The position numbers and the translations under genes were made by a program. A model generated the notes under the pieces. That model was not told the DNA's origin, made no database searches, and saw only the letters and a list, made by a program, of their open reading frames with translations. Below are positions 1 through 7,613 of a DNA stretch of 15,778 nt, piece by piece. Position 1 is the stretch's first letter. Each line of letters begins with the position of its first letter. The DNA is taken from assembly GCA_043805855.1 (NCBI GenBank), contig JAZDHP010000063.1, positions 1 through 15,778 on the forward strand, given 5' to 3'. This DNA comes from Candidatus Micrarchaeota archaeon (GTDB lineage Archaea > Micrarchaeota > Micrarchaeia > Norongarragalinales > UBA8480).

Positions 1-1
1 C

Positions 2-898
2 GTAAAGTGGGGAATTGAACACGACGTCGACTACATTGCACAGAGTTTCGTCAAAAACGCAGAAAACGTAAAACAACTGCGTAAATTACTCGACGAAAAC
101 GGCGGAAAAGAAATTAAAATAATAGCAAAAATCGAAGAGTACCCAGCTGTACAGAATATTGACGAAATTATAGCTTCGGCAGACGGCATAATGATAGCTC
201 GTGGAGATTTAGGAGTGCAAATGCCAATTGAACAAGTACCTTCAGTGCAAAAGCACATTATTGAAAAGTGCAACGAAGCAATGAAACCCGTAATTACCGC
301 AACGCAAATGCTCGAGTCAATGACAAACAGCCCAATTCCAACACGCGCAGAAGTTACAGACGTCGCCAATGCAATTCTAGACGGCAGCGACGCAGTTATG
401 CTATCCGGCGAAACTTCAATTGGAAAATACCCAGTAAAAACAGTTCAAATGATGGCGCGTATAATCCAGCACACTGAACAGAGCTTATTAGAGTACGGCC
501 AATTTGACCGCCACCACTGTAAAGTGGAAGACGAGAGAAACACAACGCTGTCAATTGCAAAAGCTGCAAGTAAAATTGCAACTGAACTAAACGCGGCGGC
601 GATTATAACTTACACTGAAACTGGCCGAACCGCAAGGAGAATTATACACACGCGACCAAAAATTCCAATCGTAGCTGTAACTCCCGACGAGAAAACCGCA
701 CGTAAGCTATGCCTATGTTGGGGTATTATACCAGTGTATGCTAAAACTCGAGCGCCGCTTGAAGAAGTGCTTTACAAAGTCGCCGACATCGTTACACAGA
801 CGGGAATCGTGAAAAAAGGCGATACAGTTGTAATTGTAACTGGCATACCGCTCGGTCAACCGGGAAGCACGAACTTAATCAAAGTACAAATGCTGTGA
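2..898 (+). CDS. pyk: Pyruvate kinase (5'-truncated by window edge)
   Basis: The frame is open from base 2 (VKWGIEHDVDYIAQSFVKNAENV...IIAKIEE...DGIMIARGDLG). It contains the PK motifs KIE, MIARGDLG, ITATQMLESM, PTRAEVTDVANAILDGSDAVMLSGETS and the C-terminal G.PLG.PGSTN. Ends at TGA 896-898. The ORF-track start at 191 is internal. Confidence 0.97.
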   Translation, partial: VKWGIEHDVDYIAQSFVKNAENVKQLRKLLDENGGKEIKIIAKIEEYPAVQNIDEIIASADGIMIARGDLGVQMPIEQVPSVQKHIIEKCNEAMKPVITATQMLESMTNSPIPTRAEVTDVANAILDGSDAVMLSGETSIGKYPVKTVQMMARIIQHTEQSLLEYGQFDRHHCKVEDERNTTLSIAKAASKIATELNAAAIITYTETGRTARRIIHTRPKIPIVAVTPDEKTARKLCLCWGIIPVYAKTRAPLEEVLYKVADIVTQTGIVKKGDTVVIVTGIPLGQPGSTNLIKVQML

Positions 899-922
899 GC
901 TATTTTTAGGTAAAACAATAAA

Positions 923-1774
923 ATGATTGAAATAAACGCAGTTGCATTTGGCCTAGGCGCAGCAATATCCTGGGGCTTGTACGACTACCTAAGTGCTAAA
1001 CTAGCCAAGCGCGTTGGATACAACCGAGCTTATTTTGAAACTAGCGTAAGCCCAGCAATAATTGCACTTTTACTACTATTCGCAACTAGCCAAATTTTAA
1101 TACCAACAAAAATTGACACGCTTGCCATCGTTGCAATAGTTGGAATTGTTTCCTTTATCGGTTCACTTTTGGTTTACAAGTCATTCGCAATTGGAAAAGT
1201 CAGCATAAACTCACCAATAAGCTCACTATACCTGGTTGTTTCAATAATTGCAGTTGCATTGATCACGCAGTCAACAATGTCACTTGCCAAACTAGCGCTC
1301 GGCACAATCACTGTACTATTTTCCGTATTCGCCGCGTTTCACTCTCTCAACTTAAAAGAGTATAAACTTGAAAAGGGAGTTCTCTTCGCTGCGTTGGCCG
1401 CGTTGTGCTTTACCTTAACCGGAACGCTTCCAGCGGTTGTGAAAAACGAAGTGCACGCGTTAACCTTTGCACTAATTATAATTTTAATAACCGCAATTTG
1501 CATTACCGCACTAAATTGGAAAAACGCATTGAAATGGATTAAAAGTATTTCAAAAATAGGCGCTTTTACTGGCTTACTTTACTTAGCTGGTTGGATTTTC
1601 TACTTCTACGGGATAAACACCGCCGATAGCGTCGTTACAGTTGCAATTACCGGACTATTTCCAACTGTCCCAGTAATTTTGTCAGCGTTGAAACGCGAAG
1701 AACAACTACAACAACACCAGAAAATTGCACTTGCAGCAATGTTTGTGTTTCTCGTTGCGTTTCTCCTTTACTAA
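923..1774 (+). CDS. EamA/DMT family transporter
   Basis: 283 aa with about 10 hydrophobic segments in two similar halves (GLGAAISWGLYDYLSAK...YKSFAIGKVSINSPI and ALAALCFTL...FYFYGINTADSVVTVAI), the EamA duplication pattern. Confidence 0.85.
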   Translation: MIEINAVAFGLGAAISWGLYDYLSAKLAKRVGYNRAYFETSVSPAIIALLLLFATSQILIPTKIDTLAIVAIVGIVSFIGSLLVYKSFAIGKVSINSPISSLYLVVSIIAVALITQSTMSLAKLALGTITVLFSVFAAFHSLNLKEYKLEKGVLFAALAALCFTLTGTLPAVVKNEVHALTFALIIILITAICITALNWKNALKWIKSISKIGAFTGLLYLAGWIFYFYGINTADSVVTVAITGLFPTVPVILSALKREEQLQQHQKIALAAMFVFLVAFLLY

Positions 1775-1833
1775 AAAGCTAGCTAATAGCAAAAATACTA
1801 AACGTATTTATTTTCAGTTGCAGTTAAACAAAC

Positions 1834-2883
1834 ATGGTTGAATTAAACATAGGCATAGTTGAAACAATAGTTTTTACATTTGGATTTCTAATTGGCGCAA
1901 TAATCGTATCAGAAATATTCTTACTAATATTAGATAAGATAATTAAGCCACTAACGTCAAAGACAAAAACAACGCTTGACGACCGACTTATAGATGCGGT
2001 TAAAACACCAGTGCGCTTTTTGGGAATTTTAATTGGAATTTACTTAACCATAAAGCCACTTTACCCTAATTATATTTTATTCGGCCACGATTTTGACTTC
2101 TGGCTAGTGACGCTGTTAATTCTCTGGACAGCTATGCTTATTTCCAACTTAGCAAACGCAATGTTGAAATGGTATTTGTACGAATTGTCAGAAGATTCAC
2201 ACGTAAAGAGCAAAATTAAAATCACTCAAGACATGCTTCCGACAATACGTAAATTCGTCAGCATAATAATCTACACCGTAAGTTTAACAATTGTACTCAA
2301 CCGGTTAGGTATTGAAATAACTCCCTTGATAACCGCTTTGGGAATTGGAGGTTTGGCAGTTGCACTTGCATTGAAAGACACTCTAAGCAACTTCTTTGCA
2401 AGCATTTATTTGATAACAGACAAACCGATTAAAATTGGCGAGTACATTGCGCTTGACAACGAAAACTCTACAATTCGCGGGTTTGTGGAAGAAATAGGCT
2501 GGCGCACGACGAGAATACGCACGCGCGGCAATTATATTTACTTTATTCCAAACGAAAAAATAACCCTTAGTAACATTGTGAACTTTTCCCGCGGGGAAGG
2601 CAACTGGAAAGGCGCCAGTATAACACTAGCTGTACCTCATGGCACAAACGTTGAAAAAACGCGAGCGCTGTTGCTAAAAGCAGTTGAAAAAACGCAAAAG
2701 AAAAGCAAGTTATTTGAAAAAAGCACCGCGCCGTTTGTTCAAATAGAAGATTTAAACAAAAACGGAATTACTTTCAAAATCTACTACCGCATTAACAGCC
2801 ACCAAGAGACAGAAGCAGCTGCAAGTGAAGTACGCGAACAAATACTAGAAGAACTACGCCGGAACAAAATAAAACTAGCGTAG
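1834..2883 (+). CDS. mscS: Small-conductance mechanosensitive channel (MscS family, with extra N-terminal TM helices)
   Basis: TM3 pore helix LGIGGLAVALALKDTLSNFFAS, followed by KPIKIGEYI...GFVEEIGWRTTRIRT...IPN, the MscS beta-domain signature. Confidence 0.93.
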   Translation: MVELNIGIVETIVFTFGFLIGAIIVSEIFLLILDKIIKPLTSKTKTTLDDRLIDAVKTPVRFLGILIGIYLTIKPLYPNYILFGHDFDFWLVTLLILWTAMLISNLANAMLKWYLYELSEDSHVKSKIKITQDMLPTIRKFVSIIIYTVSLTIVLNRLGIEITPLITALGIGGLAVALALKDTLSNFFASIYLITDKPIKIGEYIALDNENSTIRGFVEEIGWRTTRIRTRGNYIYFIPNEKITLSNIVNFSRGEGNWKGASITLAVPHGTNVEKTRALLLKAVEKTQKKSKLFEKSTAPFVQIEDLNKNGITFKIYYRINSHQETEAAASEVREQILEELRRNKIKLA

Positions 2884-2897
2884 CGCAAAATTTAAAA
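2884..2897 (+). promoter_or_regulatory. Archaeal BRE/TATA promoter for the 2920 ORF (likely leaderless transcript)
   Basis: CGCAAAA immediately followed by TTTAAAA (2891-2897), 23-29 nt upstream of ATG 2920. Confidence 0.55.
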
Positions 2898-2919
2898 CAA
2901 CCAACGCGCTAGTTAACTC

Positions 2920-3240
2920 ATGGGAAGTATATTTGAAATGGCTAAAGCCGGCAAACTACTGGCAAAGCGAAATATGGCGCAAGAATCTGCTGAAGCAAGA
3001 AATCAGAGATTAGTAGAAGTAAGCAAAGCAGTAGAGCGGCCACAACCAAATAAACGCGAATTACTCATAGCAGCTGCTACGCGCGCAAGATTACGCCCTT
3101 CTCTTCCAAACGCTCAAACTCAATTTAATCAACCTAAAAAACCTAGCCCAATGCAGCTAGAAAACGCAAGGAGACTCGCAATAGCTCTTGATAGAGCTAA
3201 AGGCAAACCACTAACTAGAGCTGCGCTTGGAAAAAGATAA
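2920..3240 (+). CDS. Hypothetical small basic protein (106 aa, Arg/Lys/Ala-rich)
   Basis: Fills the gap between mscS and the deaminase gene, has its own BRE/TATA, ATG start and TAA stop. No recognisable domain. Confidence 0.7.
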   Translation: MGSIFEMAKAGKLLAKRNMAQESAEARNQRLVEVSKAVERPQPNKRELLIAAATRARLRPSLPNAQTQFNQPKKPSPMQLENARRLAIALDRAKGKPLTRAALGKR

Positions 3241-3256
3241 AAAGAAGAAAAAAAGA
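3239..3256 (-). terminator. Oligo-T tract, putative archaeal terminator for the deaminase gene
   Basis: The minus strand reads TCTTTTTTTCTTCTTTTT about 9 nt after the TAA at 3265-3267. Confidence 0.4.
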
Positions 3257-3264
3257 TTTTTCAC

Positions 3265-4278
3265 TTACTGCAATTTATACTTTCTAGTTTTCACGCCTGC
3301 TTCGTTTAGCAGTGCAACGCAAAAGTCAGTCATTGGATAATCTGTATTATAAATTACCTCTGCAATTCCTGAGTTTATAATTAACTTAGTGCAAAATAGA
3401 CAAGGAGAAAACGTCGAGTAAAGGGTTGCGCCTTTTACTGAAAAGCCGTGAAAAGCAGCTTGGATAATTGCATTTTCCTCACCGTGAGAACAAACGCACT
3501 CGCCGAGGTTCTCGCCAGCTCCTCCAAAACTATTACACCTTGCGCAGCCGCCCTCGTAGCAATTCCTTACACCGCGCGGTGTGCCATTATAACCAGTTGA
3601 AACAATGCGCCTATCTTTAACAACTATAGCCGCTACTTTACGCTTAACGCAGTTACTACGCGAGGCGACAACTTTCGCAATGTTCATGAAGTAATCATCC
3701 CACGCTGGACGGACAAGTTTAAAATCCTTTGAAATCTCTGCAAGCGCGGCGTCGATTTTATCGTAAAACTGCTGCAAATTACCATCGTTAACAAGAGTCT
3801 TGTCAGCCATTTTAGCAGTTGGAGCTAAGTTTTGCTGGTGAGCTGGACCTTGGCGCTCTAGATCCTCTTGTTTCAAAAATGCTTGAAGGGTTTTCAAGTC
3901 ACCTTCCCTGCTACGCGAGCGCATTCTCTCAAACCGCAGTTCAGCTGGCGCAGTTATGTAAAATAAAAAGAAGTTACCTGACTTTTTCAACTCTTCAACT
4001 TCAGCAGGGTTGCGAATAGAGTCTATAATGTAGTTGCGGTCGCCGTGCAATGCAGCGAGGGTTTTCTTGGCCAAAACGCTCGGGCCAAATTCTTGCCGCA
4101 TTTCATTAGCCTTGCGCGTTAAATTTTCACGCGTGACTTCCTTGCCTTCACTTACAAGTTCAGCGCGTATAACATCAGACAGCGAAGCGAACACAAAGCC
4201 CTTTTTCACAAGGTATTCAGCAACTGTTCCTTTGCCCCCGCAGTTTTCTCCAGTTAACCCGATAATTAAAGACGACAT
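3265..4278 (-). CDS. Fusion: N-terminal P-loop nucleotide-kinase-like domain (dephospho-CoA kinase/UPF0200-like) + C-terminal dCMP deaminase
   Basis: The N-terminus has the Walker A IIGLTGENCGGKGT, plus SDVIR, IIDSIRNPAEV and ADKTLVNDG. The C-terminus has RPAWDDYFMNIA..VASRSNC, GYNGTPRG, and the Zn motifs HGEENAI and SPCLFC typical of ComEB/dCMP deaminases. Confidence 0.9.
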   Translation of the reverse strand: MSSLIIGLTGENCGGKGTVAEYLVKKGFVFASLSDVIRAELVSEGKEVTRENLTRKANEMRQEFGPSVLAKKTLAALHGDRNYIIDSIRNPAEVEELKKSGNFFLFYITAPAELRFERMRSRSREGDLKTLQAFLKQEDLERQGPAHQQNLAPTAKMADKTLVNDGNLQQFYDKIDAALAEISKDFKLVRPAWDDYFMNIAKVVASRSNCVKRKVAAIVVKDRRIVSTGYNGTPRGVRNCYEGGCARCNSFGGAGENLGECVCSHGEENAIIQAAFHGFSVKGATLYSTFSPCLFCTKLIINSGIAEVIYNTDYPMTDFCVALLNEAGVKTRKYKLQ

Positions 4279-4293
4279 AGTAAAAATAAAGCT

Positions 4294-4328
4294 GAAAAGA
4301 CATAAAAACCCGCAGTTAGTTATAAATA
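4294..4328. promoter_or_regulatory. Divergent promoter region between the deaminase (ATG 4278) and the basic ORF (ATG 4338)
   Basis: CATAAAAA at 4301-4308 reads TTTTTATG on the minus strand, 23-30 nt from ATG 4278, and lies about 30 nt from ATG 4338 on the plus strand. A second TTATAAATA sits at 4320-4328. Confidence 0.4.
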
Positions 4329-4337
4329 TTGAAAATA

Positions 4338-4787
4338 ATGGCTACAGTTCGCGAAATTGAAATTCCAAGAAAACATTTAACCCGCGCAATACGTCCAACT
4401 GCAGAACAGTTTATCCGACGCGCTAGAGAAGTTGCTGCCAAAAAAGGCTTTCAACCACATCAAATAACCTTTTGTATTGACGGAGTACAGCACTCTTCCT
4501 TTGGAAGAAACAAGAGATTCGTCTTAATGCAAGACAGACACACACCTGAAGCAATTTACTTTGCAAAAAAATACAAAAAAGGAACTGAAGTACTACCCGC
4601 AGCTTACCTTGGAAGCGCACACATAAAAGGCACAAACGCAGCGACGCGATATGTTCACTTTGTAGTTCCAACAAGACGCAAGGTACTAGACGATAACCCA
4701 ACAAACCCTACAAATTATACTATAAGAGAATTACTTAGAAGGGCAACTGAAATACAAAATAGAAAAGAAGAAAATGAGAAAAAATAA
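4338..4787 (+). CDS. Hypothetical basic protein (149 aa)
   Basis: ATG 4338 (MATVREIEIPRK...) is preferred over the TTG at 4329. Arg/Lys-rich, no signal peptide, no recognisable family. Lies between two minus-strand genes without overlapping either. Confidence 0.7.
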   Translation: MATVREIEIPRKHLTRAIRPTAEQFIRRAREVAAKKGFQPHQITFCIDGVQHSSFGRNKRFVLMQDRHTPEAIYFAKKYKKGTEVLPAAYLGSAHIKGTNAATRYVHFVVPTRRKVLDDNPTNPTNYTIRELLRRATEIQNRKEENEKK

Positions 4788-4840
4788 AAAGAAGAAAAAA
4801 TAAAAAGGAAAAAGAAGAAAAATAAAAAAAATAGAGAAAG
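4779..4840 (-). terminator. Long pyrimidine/oligo-T tract downstream of hppA
   Basis: The plus strand is almost pure A/G (AAAAATAAAAAGAAGAAAAAATAAAAAGGAAAAAGAAGAAAAATAAAAAAAATAG), i.e. repeated T-runs on the hppA strand. Confidence 0.45.
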
Positions 4841-4854
4841 CGCTGAACTTATTC

Positions 4855-6816
4855 TTACAATACTATCAATGCAACTGTGAATGAAGCTGCGAATAGCAGT
4901 GCAATTGTGTTCAACACTTTGATTAAAGAGTTGAGCGCTGGGCCTGCAGTGTCCTTAAATGGATCGCCGACTGTATCGCCTACAACTGCTGCTTTGTGGC
5001 TATCGCTCCCTTTGCCACCGTGTACGCCAGTTTCAACTAACTTCTTAGCGTTGTCCCAAGCTGCACCTGCGTTTGACATAAACACGGCAAGAAGGAAACC
5101 AGAAGCAATTGCGCCAGCTAATAATCCCCCGAGCGCAGCTGCGCCGAACACATAGCCGACAATTAACGGCGAAAGCACTGCAATTAAACCCGGAACCATC
5201 AACTCGTTCAAAGCTGCGCCGGTGCTTATTGAAACGCAACGCGCGTAATCAGGTTTACCTTTTCCACTCATTAAGCCTTTAATTTCACGGAACTGACGGC
5301 GTACTTCTTCAACAATTTGATGTGCCGCGCGGCTCACTGCCTTCATTAGAAATGAGGCAAAGAGAAACGGTAACAATGCGCCGATGAACAAGCCAATTAC
5401 TACAACGGGACTAAGGAGGTTAATTACAGTTAAGTTAGTTGCCTCTGCAAACGCACCGAACAACGCCAACGCGCCTAGCGCTGCGCCTGCAATTGCAAAA
5501 CCTTTAGTTGTAGCTTTTGTTGTGTTGCCAACTGCGTCGAGCGCGTCAGTAATATTGCGTACTTTTGACGGCAAGTGAGCCATTTCTGCAATGCCGCCAG
5601 CGTTGTCCGTAATTGGGCCATAAGCGTCGAGCGCGATGATTATACCAGTTAACGATAACATTGCTGCTGCGGCTAACGCGATTCCATATAACCCCGCAAA
5701 GTAGTACGAGAAAATTATAGAGAGGATGACAATTATCATCATTGGAGCAGTGCTTTGCATTCCAACTGCAAGTCCACTAATGACGTTAGTGCCTGCACCG
5801 GTTGTTGACGCGTCTGCCACTTCTCTAACTGGCTTACCTTCGCGAGTAGTATAGTAGTCAGTAACCATGACAATCAACGCGCTTGCAATTATTCCAACTG
5901 CAGCTGCGCCCATTAAATCAAGGTCGTTTCGGAACAGTGCGATTACGCCAATTAGTGACAAGATGCACGTTGCGAAGAAACCTTTGTAAAGTGCGCCCAT
6001 GATGTTCTTTGATTTGCCGAGTTTGACAAAGTAAGCTCCGACGATTGTTGCAACTGCGAGGATTCCAGCCATTGTCAACGGGAGGAAAACATATTGTTCT
6101 CCAAGCGCACCGCCAAGTAACATCGCTGCAATTAATGTAACAACATATGATTCAAACAAGTCAGCCGCCATTCCTGCACAGTCTCCAACGTTGTCTCCAA
6201 CGTTGTCTGCAATTACAGCTGGGTTACGCGGGTCGTCTTCTGGAATTCCCTTTTCTATCTTACCAACGAGATCTGCACCAACGTCAGCTGCTTTTGTGTA
6301 AATTCCACCGCCAACTCGAGCAAATAGAGAAATTATAGAAGCTCCAAACCCAAAGCCAATCAACGCATTAACGTCGTTGAAAACATAGTAAAGTGAGGAA
6401 ACTCCAATTAGCCCGAGGCCGATTAGTGCAAGTCCAGTTACTTCTCCGCCTTTAAACGCAACGTCAAGCGCGTTTTGCATTCCACTGCTAGCAGCTTGTG
6501 CCGTGCGAACATTAGCACGAACGCTGACCATCATACCAATAAAGCCAGCAAGCGCTGATAGTATAACTCCTACTAGGAACGAAACGGCAAGTGGCATTCC
6601 AAGGAAGTAGTAAATTATAGCAGCCAGGACAATGACAAACGGAAGTAAAGTAGTGTACTGCTTTTTGAGATAGGCCATTGCACCTTCGCGAATAGCTGCA
6701 GATATCTCCTGCATTTTTGCACTGCCAGCTGGCCGTGACAAAATCCACTTAATTAAATAAGCGGCAAACAACAGCGTAACTAAACCAATAGCCGCTGGAA
6801 AAACTAAATCCACCAT
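4855..6816 (-). CDS. hppA: Membrane-bound H+-translocating pyrophosphatase, predicted K+-independent
   Basis: Motifs GGGIYTKAADVGADLVGK, EDDPRNPAVIADNVGDNVGD, DAYGPITDNAGGIAEM, GAAWDNAKK and GDTVGDPFKDTAGP. GNTTKA has Lys at the K+-dependence position. Highly hydrophobic, 653 aa. Confidence 0.97.
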   Translation of the reverse strand: MVDLVFPAAIGLVTLLFAAYLIKWILSRPAGSAKMQEISAAIREGAMAYLKKQYTTLLPFVIVLAAIIYYFLGMPLAVSFLVGVILSALAGFIGMMVSVRANVRTAQAASSGMQNALDVAFKGGEVTGLALIGLGLIGVSSLYYVFNDVNALIGFGFGASIISLFARVGGGIYTKAADVGADLVGKIEKGIPEDDPRNPAVIADNVGDNVGDCAGMAADLFESYVVTLIAAMLLGGALGEQYVFLPLTMAGILAVATIVGAYFVKLGKSKNIMGALYKGFFATCILSLIGVIALFRNDLDLMGAAAVGIIASALIVMVTDYYTTREGKPVREVADASTTGAGTNVISGLAVGMQSTAPMMIIVILSIIFSYYFAGLYGIALAAAAMLSLTGIIIALDAYGPITDNAGGIAEMAHLPSKVRNITDALDAVGNTTKATTKGFAIAGAALGALALFGAFAEATNLTVINLLSPVVVIGLFIGALLPFLFASFLMKAVSRAAHQIVEEVRRQFREIKGLMSGKGKPDYARCVSISTGAALNELMVPGLIAVLSPLIVGYVFGAAALGGLLAGAIASGFLLAVFMSNAGAAWDNAKKLVETGVHGGKGSDSHKAAVVGDTVGDPFKDTAGPALNSLIKVLNTIALLFAASFTVALIVL

Positions 6817-6828
6817 TTTTTTCTAAAA

Positions 6829-6834
6829 CACCTC
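6829..6834 (-). promoter_or_regulatory. Shine-Dalgarno-like element for hppA
   Basis: GAGGTG on the minus strand, 12 nt upstream of ATG 6816. Confidence 0.45.
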
Positions 6835-6873
6835 TAAAACCAAACGAACTTAAAAATTAAAGTTACAAAAGAA

Positions 6874-6892
6874 CGAAAAACAAATATATAAA
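6874..6892 (+). promoter_or_regulatory. BRE/TATA promoter for the 6924 ORF
   Basis: Purine-rich CGAAAAACAAA followed by TATATAAA (6885-6892), about 32 nt before ATG 6924. Confidence 0.5.
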
Positions 6893-6923
6893 GTAAACCT
6901 TCCTAAATAAATTTAGTGAGAAA

Positions 6924-7604
6924 ATGTCAGTAAGTCAGCCAATTACTCGCGAACGCATACAACGTAGACTATCCCTATTTAGAAATGCAGAAGGAAAAGA
7001 AACTCCTTTAACTCGAGCAGCTCAAGTTGGTTACTTACATGAAGTTCTACGCCGCAGTGGAAAAATGGAAAGCGGTAATCGAGAAGCAATAGCCGCTGCT
7101 TACAGACAAAAACTAGGAGAGATGCTAGCCAAAAATAAAAGAGGCACAGTAGCTATTAGGATGCCTGTATATGCAAGGCAATTAGTGGAAGCTGGTTATG
7201 GAAAAGCTGGTATTGAAATACTCAAAGCACAAGGGCATGGAATTCACGCACGTAGGCTTGAAAAACAAATAGCTAATGAAAAGAGGACTGCAGAGGATGC
7301 GCTTAAACCAAACTTCTTAACTCGAAGCGGATACCCCTTAGCTGCGGCTGGCAATTATCTCCGTGCTGGAGAATTAAGAAAAGCAGTTTCTGCCTTTCAA
7401 AGCGGAGGCGCATATACAACTGCCGCAGAAGTTTTACTCGAAAGGGGAAAACATGCAGAAGCCGCTGGGATATTCGCTAGAGAAAGAAAACCCTACTTAG
7501 CTGTTAAGGTTTTAGAAGAAGGAGGAAAACCCAACGCAGCGGCTAGACTATTGAAAAGTTTAAGAGAAAATTTAAAGGACAACAAAAGAGCTAAAAAAAA
7601 TTAG
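6924..7604 (+). CDS. Hypothetical basic protein with 13-residue alpha-helical (TPR/SNAP-like solenoid) repeats
   Basis: 226 aa, Ala/Arg/Lys-rich. The C-terminal half parses into 13-aa units (YPLAAAGNYLRAG/ELRKAVSAFQSGG/AYTTAAEVLLERG/KHAEAAGIFARER/KPYLAVKVLEEGG/KPNAAARLLKSLR). Confidence 0.75.
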   Translation: MSVSQPITRERIQRRLSLFRNAEGKETPLTRAAQVGYLHEVLRRSGKMESGNREAIAAAYRQKLGEMLAKNKRGTVAIRMPVYARQLVEAGYGKAGIEILKAQGHGIHARRLEKQIANEKRTAEDALKPNFLTRSGYPLAAAGNYLRAGELRKAVSAFQSGGAYTTAAEVLLERGKHAEAAGIFARERKPYLAVKVLEEGGKPNAAARLLKSLRENLKDNKRAKKN

Positions 7605-7613
7605 CTAAATAGT

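Noticed and set aside
31..6748. Short overlapping ORFs in the track (31-369, 268-477, 396-581, 3819-4019, 4034-4360, 4423-4704, 4877-5155, 5045-5239, 5384-5578, 6147-6338, 6512-6748)
   Set aside because: All are antisense or out-of-frame shadows of better-supported genes, with no motifs of their own.
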